Position numbers and translations under genes: made by a program. Source: Basidiobolus meristosporus CBS 931.73 (lineage: Eukaryota > Fungi > Basidiobolomycota). From it: a DNA stretch of 64,000 nt. Numbering within the stretch: the first letter of the stretch is position 1; the number at the start of each line of letters is the position of its first letter. Under the pieces are notes generated by a model. That model saw nothing but the letters and a program-made list of their open reading frames with translations, ran no database searches and was not told the origin of the DNA. The stretch is from the NCBI GenBank assembly GCA_002104905.1, contig MCFE01000010.1, positions 200,165-264,164 of the forward strand, written 5' to 3'. This document shows positions 40,556-54,617 of this stretch, one piece after another.

Positions 40556-41929
40556 GGTTTCAAAGAGCTAAGGTGCTTTTCGTGAGTGATCAGATTGAAT
40601 CAGAAGTCATTGTTATTTATACTGATGAAATCCTATGGTGATGAGCAATATGAGATTTTGCCAATATAATGATTCTCATATCCTTCTGGTTAGACGGCAG
40701 CCTTTCAGTGGGGAACTTTAACATACCATTTTTGGAGGTTGGGCCAGCTCTGGATGCCTTAAGGAAAGGCATAAAGCCGCAAACGCGAATTGCAAGTATA
40801 ATGCCTATAAGGTAGCGAATCAGGGAATTTGAAGTGTCATACCAATGTATTCAAAAGCGACCAGCCAGATGTGGTCCAGTGAGGTTATGTTCCAAACAAG
40901 CACTTAAATCCTGGGTGGTATTATGTCCAGTTGAACTAAGCGTGGCGTATTCTTATCAATTGTTCCTGATGACACAAGAAATCTATAGGTGTACACGAAT
41001 CCAAGGCCTATTATCAACATTATTGCCAACATTTATAAGTATATGGAACCAACTTCCTCCAGACTCATTGCGCTTTCGGTAAAAGATCAATCTCGTAATT
41101 TAGCATGAATAAGCCACCCCAATGATGGTGTAACATCTGGCATAAAAATCTCGCAATAACAAGATATCCTGTTACTCAGAGTCCAAAGTGAGTAAAATCT
41201 ATAGGATAGGCACAATGCACTACATGACTGGTGCTATAAACCGCTAGTCTTTAAATTCTGGTTGGCTAAATACCACCATATACTTGTATGTTGTCGATAT
41301 TACTTGTATCGTATAACCAGGTAGTAGTCATGTAGAGTCATAACGGTGTTGCAGTCACTATTAAAAGAAACAGAAAATGGTGAAGCCGTGTGGCTGAGTA
41401 GCCCATAACCTTATATCAACACAGAGTAACACATGACCCACCAATATTGTCTTCAATAGTAGACCAAGCACCATAATCTGGACGCTTGGGTGGGTGCCAT
41501 CAATGTCACAATCCTAAAAACCGCTGGCTGATAATTACCAAAAGCATTATGTAGAGTCTGAGCTAATGCCCATAGTTTGTCGAAAATCTGTATCCGAGCA
41601 AAATTTCAGGAAGTAGTGACGGGAGCTGCATGGGCCACCCACTCAGTGATGTATTGAATGAATATGCTATTGGTAAAGTGATTAGCGGTTCCCGAATCAA
41701 TCGACAGTATTTAATGTTGATGCGGCACATTTGAACAATTTAACTCAGTTGATAATGCCAACAGGTAGATATGTACAAAAAAATGTAAAGTATCATTTTA
41801 AGAGTCTATTGTATGAGACTTTAATGAATAGTCGCAATCCTTATCTGTATTCAAGTGCACTAAAATAAGTACATTGATGATCAACACTATTGTTACTTTG
41901 AACACCTGGCACAAACCCTTATTCAAGTC

Positions 41930-43520
41930 TCAATATGTGTAGATCAATACTGCCAGATTAAACATATCCCTATGAAAAATCTCAAACTTGAAATTCATCT
42001 GATTTTCAGCTGGTATTCTGCTGGTATTCTAATGGTATTTTGCTGGTATTTAGCTGGCGATTTCCTTCAAATTTTCAGTTGCAATTTTTGGTGCAAGTAG
42101 TGTGCAGCTGATTACCAAATTTGGTATGAATGCTAGTTGGCCTAGTCTACTCCTGGAAAATATGTCTGCTTGTATGCCCAACAGCTAGTACCTGAGATAT
42201 TGACAGTTGTTGGTTTTGAGAGACTTAGAATTCAGCTGATATTATAGTGGTATTCTGCTGGCCTTTTCTTATTTTTTTCTCAGTAGTATTGATGCATAGC
42301 TTAAAAATCAACTCATGATAATATGATGCTTTTCAAAAATTTCAACTGGTGGCAAATGTGGCAATATAAAAATAACTACTTGCTGGTACTGTAGCTGACA
42401 TTTTAAATCTTATTGAATTAGCGAATTTGGGCTATTACATATCTTAATTGAATGGATGTAGTTGTATTAAACGTCTATATTAATACCATGGAGCAACAAA
42501 TGCCCTACTCAGTATTTCAGACTCGCTTTTTTGCTAGTATTCTTACCATTTCACTACAGGCTCATAATGGTGTTCTGCAGCCCCTATAACAAAGAAGTTT
42601 GTACTGTTCATAGCTTGCGAGTAAGCCAGCGACTTTGCTTCACATATAGTACATGTATATGATATTTAATATTGCATGTAGCATATGTAGTAAGTTGACT
42701 TGCGGATATGGTTTCAAGGTTCTAGGGAGTACTGAAAGTGATCTAGAGAACTAGAAGAACTGCATGGTATTCACTTGTTTTATGGGGCACAAGTAAAGCG
42801 TTTATATTACCAAGGAGAACTTTGCAAAGCCATTGTTAATAATACTTAAAGAAGGCCCAGGTAGTGGTGAGCAAAGTTTGGGGGCTTTTGAACGAATTTG
42901 AAAATCTTGGTAACTTCCAGGCCTTTGCTAATTTCTAGGACTAGCTAACATCTTACGAACTAACGCCTTAGTAAATAACATATAGTTTAGCAATAAGCTA
43001 ATTAAAATATTAAGGTATATGAGTGGTTTACGTGTGATCGAAATATTTACAACAAATAGAGTGTCTCAGCTAATGGAAATACTTAGGTGATAACACAACT
43101 ATTCTCACTGGTTGGATTGTTCAACACATGCATGTTCTTTTCTGTACAAAGCTTTACAAACTGTGCATGTGCCTTTTTTTGTGCTCAAGAAGGACCCACA
43201 AGGCTATAAACCATATGGACACGTTTTTATGCAAGACTCTAGGAAGTATTGGAAGTAATTTGGAGCACTCGAAAAATTGCATCATACCCACATGTTGGTT
43301 TATTGAGTTCAAATAAAGTGTTTGTACTTTTAGGAGATCTCCGTAAAGCTGGGGATACTGATATTTCAAGGTATTTTATAAGAAGCTGTGTACAGAGTTT
43401 GGGGTCTTTTGGGCCAGTTTGCAAATATTGATAACTTCCAGGCCTTCACCTATTCTTAGAATTAGCTGATAGCTGACAAACTAAATCTCAGGTAAATAAT
43501 TCATAACTTCGCAATAAGCC
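41930..43520. repeat. Second island of the degenerate repeat family
   Basis: 41950-42230 is the inverted homolog of 5790-6060. 42860-43010 and 43380-43520 are direct homologs of each other and of 4465-4610 (core gcaaagtttgggg.ctttt). 43205-43415 resembles the 213-bp unit at 53734-54150. Confidence 0.7.
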
Positions 43521-45331
43521 AATTAAATTTTACGCTATATTAATGGTTTAGGCGTAAGCTAAATATCTACAACACGCTTTAATAACTTTGAGAACTTCCT
43601 GAGCATCACCAACTCTTAGAATTAGTCAACATCCTTTAGACATACCTCAAAAATCTATAGTTTTAACCGTTCTCTATGTAGGTACTTGATTCTCATCCAA
43701 ATTGAATCACTGCTGATTTTTGTAGGGCAGTCTCATGGTGCACATCAGGAATCTAAACATGGGAAATACAAGGTAAAGGTCACCTTATCCGCTGAGAACA
43801 GTAACGCACGTTGGAAGTTGAGCTGCTGTAAGAATGAGCATAACATTAGCCTCTCAAAAGTTCTATAAATAGTCACACCATATGTATTTATATAGTGTAG
43901 AGTTTTTAATCTGCATATTACCATTAATGACCAAATCAATTTACTTCGAGCACTTGGTTCAGCCAATTCAGATTATGAAAAAATCACTTTCCAAGCTATT
44001 CCTAATAAAATCTACACATTGCTTAACTTTCGTGAAGCAAGAATCTAGTTCCATAATTTGCAGACATTTACCAGCTTCGTGTGTAATGAGCCCATGACAG
44101 TAATGGCACCAGATTTAAGTATGTTTATGCAACGTTTGGGATTGATACAGGGGGAACTTTTTAACCATTCAATGTAATCCATATCGAAGTCATAAATTGT
44201 ACAACCCCAAAGCAGCAATGCCCAAAGAATTCAGTGACTGCAGCATAATGATCAATGCTGTAGTCACCACAGCCATTGAAGAATGTTGTCTGAGCTATGC
44301 CGATGTTATATTGGCTACTAAATGGGCTTGGTCATATATCCGTTTATGTAAATATGTTTACAGAAACTCCGGCAACGGACCTCGTTTTTCTTTGTGATTG
44401 CCACAGAAAAATACAGTTTGAAATGTTAACCTTGTCGGGCAGTTATTGAGTCAACCGGGTGTACAACGCCAAATATATATATGGTACGATTCTTTTCCTT
44501 CAATGTTCACGTACTTTATTCGTTCCATTGAAGAGTACCACAATTGGAGAGTTCTGAATCCGTTGAATTCGGATTTCTTTTAATTGTGCCCCTTTAGAAG
44601 TGGCGATTTTCTGTTCACAAAATAGGTATTGTTATAGAAGATTCCATGCTATCTAATCGGTCATTTCGATTTGAGTAGATCATCCTCCCCAGGCTTTGGA
44701 AAAATCAACCAACGTTTCCTGGAAATGCTGTGGACGCTATTAATACTTCCCTTTACAGCGCGCGATATCTCATGAAATAGATCGGTAGTTGCGCCTCCGT
44801 TGAGATACAAAAACTAGGAATATGCTAGTGAAGCACAGCTACCATTAATGTAGAAGTGTTTCAATTTTAGTGGAAAAAACGAGAAGCATAGCTTTGTGCA
44901 CTATAGGTGATGCTCAATGAAGGGTGGCCAGTATCTACATCATTACTCAATACCCATATGGAGTCCACACTGGATACGCAGCGTACCAGTGTTATCAACA
45001 GCCTGGAGGGATGCTGGTTACAGTGCTTACGAAAAATGTATCACACTTTTGGTTTAGTAAACCGTTTTATTGGCTATTTCAATACCTCGTCAATAATAGC
45101 AATATGGTAATACATTTGAATGGCTAGTAATGGGGCTGCATCGCTTACTTGGGTGTACGTTGACAAAACGCTTGCTAGCTGCTTACAACACAGTAATCAA
45201 ACACCTGTACTTTTATGATACCGAATTTCTGTGCACATATACGGAGACGATAATTTGATTCAGGTGTCAAGTTTGAAGGTTGGTTCAAAAGGAAATGCCA
45301 CCCGCACTCATCAGTTGGTAGAAACTTCAGC

Positions 45332-48300
45332 CTAACCCCATACATCTTCATTATATTTTCCATCATGTTGTAGTTGCTGGAAGTATTTGTCGGCCTCTTC
45401 TCTCCCGAGTCCTCCGACTTGCTCGAAGATGGAAACCATTGTGGCAGCTACATCCTTCGCCATACCAGAGGCCGAACCACATACGTAGATGGCTCCTTGC
45501 TTGTTGTGAACCACATCCCATACTAAGACGGAATGAGCTAGCAATTGATGCTGAACATATTTTTTGGCCTGACCAGTACGCGAGAATGCAACCACCAGCT
45601 TGTCAAGAGTCCCGTCGTTGACAAACTCCTCTAGCTCTTCCCGATAAATGAAATCCTGCTCTGGCGAGCGGCAACCAAAAAACATGTGTGTTTCGGAGAT
45701 GCCTCCTTTGCCAACCGATTTGCAGCCGTACAGTTGACGCTCCTGTAGAAAACCTCGGAAGGGCGAAACTCCTGTGCCAGCACAAACCATGATCACCGGA
45801 ACCTTTGGATCTTTGGGGAGATGGAAGATTTCCTTCACACCACGGACATTTGCTCGAACCTGCCTTCCTGTCATACACCTGGACAAAAAGCCAGAACAAA
45901 GCCCAATATACTTTCTGCCTTCGAACCCGATGTCTTCAGTTACTCCAACACATATGTGAGCGACATTCTTGTGGATCTGTGGACAACTTGCAATGGAGTA
46001 TCTACGTTTAGTCATGGCTGGCATACCACACAAGAAACTCCGGAAATCGAGTTTCTTGATCATTGGGAAGTTTCGAATCAGGTCCATCAAGCAACGGTTC
46101 TTCTTGATGAATTGTAAATAGGCTTCGTTACCCTTGTCACCCGATTGGCACATATTTTCAAAGTACTTCTTCTCTAATTCCGGATGAGTGTCAGCTATGG
46201 CGGATACACATATACCAATGAATTGACGAGAAGGAGCTGCCTGAAGATCAGCGTAGTACGTCAACGCGTCGCGAATAGTACACGGTCCCTTTATACTTGC
46301 GGCTAATGAACGTGAGCTGAGACTGGTGCTGGATGTAGAATCGATGATCACCTCGAACACCGCATCTAAAGCATACCCGAAAGTGGCTGCCACTGTTTCC
46401 ACCACCTCTGAATCATTCTCCGGCATGATTTCTAGATGATCTCCGGTGTTGTAGGTTTGCTTTTCTGGCAGTTCGATCTCTAAATGACGCGTACTACGCT
46501 CACTCTTGACTGACTGGAGTTCAAGATTCTTGCACACAATTGATGGCTGTTCCAGACCTTGTTGGAGGGGGATGTCTGTCAGAGGTAAGTACTTGAGTGA
46601 TACTCCTTCTGTCGGGTTAGATGCGGCCGTGTTTGCAATGGAGCTTAGATTGGCCCCATTCAACCCAAAGTCAGATAATATAGAAGCATAAAATCTAGCC
46701 AGCCACTCGGTGAAGTCAGCATCAATATCAGCATCTGCGTTACCAGCCCCTGCAGGGAATAGTTGCTCAGCCCCCAGATACTCGAATCTGTCATTCACCT
46801 TTTTGGGGAAAGCCTGGTATGTTCTCCATTGCACGTTGCCGCAGCCAAATACCGCATAACGTAGGCCTTTGAGTGGTGTCTCGTTGACGTTGGTAGGAGC
46901 ACTGATAAATTTGTCGAAATGAACTGCGTTGTCTGGAGGCAGGCCGTTATAAGTACTAGTAATAACTAATACAATTGGCTTACTCTGGGAGTCCTCCTCT
47001 GCACCTCCTGTATACTTCCCACTGATCAGCAACTCCCAATCATCCAGTGGAGTCACTTCAACTTCTTTAAACCCAAGGTTTCTTGCGTTGCTGGCCACCT
47101 TATTGGCGTATTCCTCAGACATCCCCATGTTGGATCCAAAAAGAACTGTGAACTTTGGCAGTTTCACATCACTCGGAAGGCTAGGCAAGGTCAACGCGCT
47201 AGTAAGTTCTGTAAATGGGGTGGTAGACTCGGATTGAATCTGGGTAGTGGCTTTGGGGAAGGAGGCGCGGGGTTGAATTCTGAAATAAAGATCTTTCGGC
47301 TTGATTATGTTGCCAGAGCTAATGTCATAGTGTATAGGGCGGTCATCTGGAAGAATGAACTCGAACTTTTTCAACAGCATAGCCTATGATATCAGGGTTA
47401 GTTTGGGCGCCAGTATTATGAATTACTTTCGCTCAAACTTCACTCACCAGAATAATCTTTGCTTCCTGAAGCGCAAATTGCATTCCAATGCATGCCCGGG
47501 GACCGGTAGAGAATGGTAACCAAGAATACCGGGATCGCTTTGATTCCTCAACCGAAGTGAAGCGGTCAGGGTTGAAAACCTCTGGATCTTTCCTAGTAGA
47601 TATGAGAAGGAAGAGGTTATTGAAAATGCTATATATTCATCCATGGGCAGATACACCTACCAGATATTTGGGTTATGATGCAAGGAATATATGTTGATTT
47701 GTGCGACTGTTCCCTTCTCGATGGCGTATCCGAATGGAAGTTTACAATCTTTGATGCAGAACTTCTGCAAACTAGCCAAGGGTGGGTACATTCTTAGGGT
47801 CTCTTTCAAGACCTGGGGGACATGTTACTGACATATATGCAAGAAATGGCTTATGATTTGAGCAAATACCTGAGATAGGTACTTCATGCCGGATACTTGT
47901 GCAATGGTGGGTAGTTCGTCATCCGCGATCCCAATATTGGCAAGCTCTTGCAAGACCTTTTTTAGGGCAGCTGGATGTCTGGCCAAATTATACAAACACC
48001 AAGCGAGCGTATTCGACGTGGTTTCATGGCCAGCAATCAAGAAAGTGACTACTTGATCTCGAATCACTTCATCAGGCAGCTTCTGCCCGGTAGCTTTATC
48101 TCGAGCATTCAACATAAATCCAAGAAGATCCTTCGAACTGTTTTGTGCATCAGGGGAGTTCTTCCTTTGGATAATCACCTATTCTCGAGGGTGAGTGATT
48201 GAGGCTTAAGGCTGAAATACTTGAACTTACATCATCCACGGTATCCTTCATCAGCTGCATCATGCGATCAAACTGGTAGTTGGACCAAATCGGTAGCTTC

Positions 48301-49483
48301 TTCCAGTATTGCGATCTGGTTGCCCGCGTTCTAACCTCCCTGAAGTATGTCAATACATTAGATTGGTGATACAGACAAAATGGCCACGGTTAATAACCTT
48401 AAGCAGAAGGACATGGCATCAATCTAAAAGAAATCAATTTCGAGTTAGCATAGAGGAATCTATTGGTACTGTGCAGAAATGGCCTTACGAATGGATGGAT
48501 TGGTGCATCCTTGGACTCCAGAAGGCCGAAATCAAACCCGAAGCCAACCTTACCGATGGTTTCGAATGCTAGTACCAATCGCGTTAATCGTAGTTCATTT
48601 GGTGCAAATCTTATGGTCACCTACTAATTTTGGTCATCCACGGAGCGATTAGAACCGGCTCTGGCTCGGTACTTATCTCACTAACAACATTCACCAGTTT
48701 TTTGGCAAGCAAGGCCATCTCGTGAGCGTAGGCCTGGAACAACGATGATTATTATGATGGCCCAGATTTTTGTTGTGAATACCCAAGTACCTTCATGGCA
48801 GCTGCCGAAAAGGCCGGCATCAGTAGCTTGTGGGCCAGCTTCCAAATCTCCTCATCGGAGCTTGTTGTGAATAGGCCATCCCCTCCAATTGCTTTAACCT
48901 CCGCAAAAGGTAACGTGATCCGCTTGGTAAAGTATTCAGTTTCCTGGGCGAAAAGCTCGGCTATATCTGGATGATTGGTTGTCAAAGTCCTTGTTTGGAA
49001 ATTGAAGGTCTGAAGTAGCGGGGTGTCGTATTCTTGAAAGAATTTAAACAGTGATCCAACAATATCCGGGAGTAGGTGAGGGATAGTGCCAAATAAGGGA
49101 ACTGTAGGAGGGGTAGGAATCTCCCGACTCGAAGCACCACCGATAGTCAGGTAGACAACATCCATGCTTGCAAGCTGCTTGTAAGAGCTGAGCTCCCGCC
49201 CATATTTGTCCCGAAATTCGATATCCTGGTGTCTGGGAACACTCATCCGCTCCCCACACTCTTTTCTCACATCTTCAAGGCTCCCATCTGACTGGATCTT
49301 CACAATGATTCCATTCGAGGCCTCATCCTCACCGGCAAACGCAATGACAAGAATCTTGGGGTCTATACCTGGACTGGTATCTTGTTCTGTGTTGGGGAGA
49401 TTAACCTGAAAGGCTTCCTTTGAATAAAGCTCAGTCATGAGTAAGCGTAGTAGATGATATTTAATGCTTTCACTGACATTCAT
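45332..49483 (-). CDS. Self-sufficient cytochrome P450/NADPH-P450 reductase fusion (CYP102/CYP505-type architecture), multi-exon
   Basis: [47 protein letters not shown], heme motif [11 protein letters not shown]; FMN domain [22 protein letters not shown]; FAD/NADPH domain [25 protein letters not shown]; ends KYNEDVWG. Confidence 0.94.
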
Positions 49484-52400
49484 GACATTGCTTAAATATG
49501 TTTACAGCCTACACTATAATGAACAGATATTAGAAACACCACATCAGTATCCTATCAGCAATTTTAGTAAATACGAATGCACACGCGACATGATAGTCCA
49601 AATGGGCTAATCACAGTCCACTCCCACCTATAATTATTACCCCGGGAACTCCGGTGTGATTAGCTCTGTGCAGGAAAGCCATCAGCAACATCAGTTTTGC
49701 CAAATAGGTGGAATACGGCCGGAATGTCTGCCGTAGATACCGACGAGCTTTGGCCCCTAACCAGCTGAATGCCTAATTAAGTAACAAACGACGTCATAGC
49801 TGAGTGATGTATTAGACGAGTTAGATGAATTGAATGGTTTATAGACGGGATATTCCTATTTTCCCAACGATTGGTCGAAACATTATCTGGGTTTTAAAAC
49901 TACTGAACCTTAAATGGGTTATAATGGAAAACAACTCTGCAAAATGCCACCTATCGAGGCAAATCATTTGAATGGTTATATATATCATTCATCGAACTAT
50001 GAAAGCCTTTACGAATGTGAAAGACCATATAGTCGGTTATTCTGCGACTGGGGTAATTGATCAACGCGCAGCGCTAGCCTCCACACTTCTCAACCCTGTA
50101 GTGGGTAATGCCGATTCGAACTCGTGGGTCGTGATGCAAACAAGAAGAATTTCTAGTGTACACCAGTTCCTAGTAATGTTGTTACACTCCATGCCATACC
50201 ATACCATACAACTGTAGCAATGTTTCATAAATTTATAATTAATGATACACCTTTCCATCAAGTAGGATTGATTGCATAGATTTACGTCCAACCCCGAGAT
50301 GTAATTGAGAATGACTACTTGCAATTTAGTGACTTTTCACAAGTGAAGAACTATTACATAGGGATTCTAAACACACAAATCACTCGAGTTCTTGATTTAT
50401 CGCTGGTACTTAATATTCTCACAGATGCTTACACAGCTTCAAATTTTATATATTCTTCCGAAACTCAAAAGCGGCAACAGTTTCACTAAGTTCGAGAATG
50501 GATTTGTGAGCTTAGAGTAATAGCCGACTAGAGATCATCCGAGTGGAACCAAGGATAGGTTTGGTCTATTTGGAAGCCTAATTGTGGCATAGAGAAGTTA
50601 AAAAAAGACACGTTTATAAATCATCTACTGAAAATGATCTTTCTTGAAAATCACGTTTGGTTTCAAGCGCTACAGGAATTTTGTGTTGCTACGGAAATCA
50701 GCTACAATTGGGACAGATACTATAGTATTGCACCTTTGCATTCATATACTACGATATCAATTTGGTGTCTTGGCATTTTGGATTATTTTGTCAATTGCTT
50801 CAAATTTCCGCAATACTGAAGTGTTAGAGTTTGAAGCATTATAAGGGATCACAAACGCTACTAACCTATTTCTGGGAATTGCCTCAAACATACGTAGACA
50901 CAATGCTCAACTTATGTCGAAGATTTTTCTTTCATTCCGGGCAGTTCGAAGCGGTACTACAATCCACCAAGGGTAAAGAATGGAATGGAGAATGGACGTA
51001 GTGGAAGAGCCAACCAAATATCTGAAGTTAGGAATGATTCGTCTCAGGTTGCCAAGCATACAAAATGGCCCGGCTGCTGAGATCAAGGCATCGAACTCTC
51101 AAATATCGGCTACTTGACGAGAAAGTATAGCAGCATATGCTTTAATCCGAATTATTGTTAAATGTGGGTTTAGCATAGACGGGAGCAGCGAATTAAAACT
51201 GAATTGCACTACTTGCAGATCGTACCAAAGTTTTTTGGCCAAGGGAAATATCAGCACTATTCTACTTTTCTAAAGATCACACGAAGTTGATCCGAAGTAT
51301 ATACCAACTCTCATGATACTGATTAAGTGAAACAGATGAATAAAAAAATAGACGTGAAATGTATAGTTTGCTTAGTTTACCTTTGTAGCTTTAACCATGA
51401 ATATCATATTTGCTGCTGAATTTTGCATACCAAATATTGCTATATGATGGACTGTCCAGTAGATATAGCACACATGTTGGAGCTTTCCTAGTTTTCTTCA
51501 ATATACGTAATAGCTAGAGAATTACACCGACTTTCTGCATTCATGTCAACATCAGTTGCTGTACAAAATATCCTGTCAGTAACTTCCAAAGATACCGAAA
51601 TCACAGAATATCCAAACATATCTTGGTACAAGCGAAATCATGACATTAGCCATACAGCTGCTTGAGATGAATACTCACGGGATTTGGTTACAGGATTTCC
51701 ATCTCACTACGGAATATACTGACCGGGTAGAAGCTAATTTACCAATGTCGGTCATTTCTACACGGATTTTTCAGAGTCCAAGCGGTAGTAATAGTTGTTA
51801 CTTTTCCTGTTCCGCATACGATTTTCCTAGCCAAGTACCATTATTTTGCTGTAAAACAAGGAAGATAATATACAGGGCGTCGGTCTTGATATTGTTTGCC
51901 AAGCTATCGAGCGGTTATTCATCTGATCCCAACAAAAAATGACCTTGGTATCCGATATTCCAAGCACTGCCAAACTGACCTATACAAACTCCCCGCTATT
52001 ACTTTTGTGTTTAAATATCTGATAGCCGCTCTCTATAACCTGTCTACCATAGTAGAATGATCGTTACCTGTAGCACCTCTGCTACATCGAACATTTAGCT
52101 CAACACGACAATCCTTCATTTAATGTTAGCGATCTTAATGCATGTGATCCTTTGAAATGTTGGCATGGGTTAAATGCCAAGCGCTATCAATGTTTCTCTA
52201 TCTGGAAATGATTAAAGCCAAGAGTAGATTTATGATAAATTAATCGGAATCCGAGTTTCTCATCAAGAATTCCCAACTCCAAATATTTCCTAATTGACCT
52301 TTGACAAGAAATCATTGCGCTATAAAGACGGGTCACCTCATAACTCAAACCTTTAATTCCGATTCCCTCAAATCTGCTCACCTTTCCTGCCACACCTTTA

Positions 52401-53568
52401 ACTGACAGCTCTTTCCCAACGCGACAATCATGAGTTTTATGGATGATCTGAAGTCTGGGAAATTCTCAATCTATGCACAATGGTAGTCATCCTCAGTAAA
52501 AAATTGTCTCGAGTAATACTAACATAGCATGACTTCGTATCAGGGTTGCAATGCTGTCTGCCATTCGTAAGAGCCAGATCACACATCTATTAATTGGTGT
52601 TGACTAACAAATCCCGTATTATGCCCATATAGTCTTGATTATTCTCGGAATCGTTGAATTCCTCAGAGTGCCAATTTTCTCTATTCTTGGCTTGTGAGTG
52701 TTATTGCCAACCTAAACTCCTGACAAACAATACTAACCAGTTGAATTCCTAGCGTTTTTGCAGTCTTAACCCTTTTCATGGAAATCTCTTTCTTGACAAA
52801 GGTACGTTCAATTGTTCTCTTCACTAATAAGCTACGATATATGAACTGATCAGCCATCCATACCATCTTGAAGTGTTGTGCCACTAGCCCTTCATTGTAA
52901 GTATATGTAGAAGTGAGACATTGTGTTTAAGCGGGGTTTTAAATAGCTGACTGTTCAATTTCAGTAATAACTTCGTCCAAAAGCTCTCGGGTAGCCATAT
53001 CAGAGCTGGGGTCTACTTGGTGTAAGTATAACCTAAGTTTGTTTCAAAGATGAAGTAACTGACCTATTATATCAATCAACAGTTTCGCCATCATCATGTG
53101 GCTCTCTCTAATCCAGCGTTTGAATGTACTCGTGATTCCTGCATTGACGCTCACATTCACTGCAATCTTCTATGGTAAGTATAATCGGTGTCAACTTACT
53201 GTCTTGAAGAAAAAGGTGCCTAATATTCTCCTTATAGCCACTGGTTACTTTAAAGGTCAAGAGAGAACATCCACCTCGATGCTGAGTGGCGCTGCAGTGT
53301 TTGAGTCCAAGGTTTAACATAATAGTTTAGCAATCGCATATATTCCTGACAAATATTATTCCACGCAGTAGATAGTTTATTTCATGTTATATCTATTTTT
53401 GTACCGTTGCAATAAAAAAAGTAAATCATAATATAATACACTTTGATATGTAATGCCATATTCAATGCATAGCTGTTGCTTTGATTTATTTATGACAGCA
53501 TCACTGGCCATCAAGCAAACAGCACCATATAAATGCGCAAATACGCTGTATACAAAGCAAAATGTGTA

Positions 53569-53672
53569 TTAGGGGGGAGACAGTCACCAACAGGTGAAAT
53601 CTTTATTTCAGTTGAAACAAAGAAGCCAGCGCTACTGTTGTAACTTTAATACATCAGTGTATAGCTGAGGGG
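53569..53672 (-). mobile_element. Most proximal ~100-bp 3' fragment of the telomeric LINE (diverged)
   Basis: ttaggggggagacagtcaccaacaggtgaaatc...gctgagggg is the LINE 3' end with 5 mismatches in about 45 nt relative to distal copies; joined directly to unique DNA. Confidence 0.9.
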
Positions 53673-53676
53673 TTAG

Positions 53677-54150
53677 AGGGAGGAAAGTCACCAAGTGGTG
53701 GACTCTTTATTTACTTATAATAAGTATTTAAAGTGTTGTAAGAGTCTTGGAGATATTGGAAGTGATTGGGAGAACAAGTAGATTATGTGGTTTTCACTTA
53801 ATGATTTATTGAATGTAAAAGTAGTATTTATACTTTTCCATAGTCTTGGCATAGCAAATACATAGAATGGGTTAAGGAAGGTCCCAAGAATATGTGTGCA
53901 AAGTCTGGGGCTGTTTGGACAACTTAGAATATTTTCACCTAAATACTGTTGTAAGAGTCTTGGAGATATTGGAAGTGATTTGGAGAACAAGTAGATTAGG
54001 TGGTTTTCACTTAATGAATTATTTAATGTAAAAGTAGTATTTATACTTTTACCTGGTCTTGGCATTACAAACACGTAGAATAGGTTAAGAAAGGTCCCAA
54101 GAACATGTGTGCAAAGTTTGGGGCCGTTTGGACAACTTTGAGAATTTTCT
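53677..54150 (-). mobile_element. Non-autonomous element: SINE-type 3' tail + two tandem 213-bp units
   Basis: gggaggaaagtcaccaagtggtgg...tatttaaag is a variant of the SINE tail. Units start at 53734 and 53947 (tgttgtaagagtcttggag) and are homologous to 6221-6400. Confidence 0.75.
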
Positions 54151-54177
54151 TAGGGTTAGGGGGGAGACAGTCACTTA
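54151..54177 (-). mobile_element. Ultra-short (~14-17 nt) LINE 3' end between telomere-repeat remnants
   Basis: tagggttaggggggagacagtcac|ttagggggggagacagtcacc: the tail starts, stops after gtcac, then restarts. Confidence 0.8.
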
Positions 54178-54616
54178 GGGGGGGAGACAGTCACCAACAG
54201 GTGAAATCTTTATTTCAGTTGAAACAAAGAAGCCAGTGCTACTGTTGTAGCTTTGATACAAGAGTGTGTAGCTGAGGGGAACTTGTAGGTAAGTTAATAA
54301 GGAGTGATGATAGTTCTTCAGTGCTCAAGACACTGTTCAGTGGGAAGGGGGGTAGCAAGAGAGGTAAGAATGACTTGTGAACAACATTAATGAGGGGAAT
54401 GTGATAAGGATTGATATTCATCATAAAGGGAGTGTGCTGCTGCAGATATTGCTGCCAAAGGTCTGTCAAGTACTTCAGGTAGGCCAGCTTGGGTTTTTCT
54501 GACTGCAGAATATAGTGTGCAAACATCTTGACTTCAGGATCTCCAAGTATAGTTCTCCAGCAGGAGTCAGGTGTTGTGTGGTGTGTTCTCTTCCAGGCCT
54601 TAATCAGTGGGTTGTT
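54178..54616 (-). mobile_element. 5'-truncated LINE copy (~0.44 kb)
   Basis: Near-identical to 61060-61497; ends at gggttgtt|aggg. Confidence 0.93.
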
Positions 54617-54617
54617 A

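Noticed and set aside
40834-41750. Gene-like composition and a DSGTANHF string resembling a retroviral protease motif on the minus strand
   Set aside because: All frames are riddled with stops and no second motif supports an assignment.
49600-53560. Short ORFs and possible decayed F-box/LRR-like remnants between the last gene and the array
   Set aside because: Fragments are under 75 aa with frequent stops; no assignable motif.
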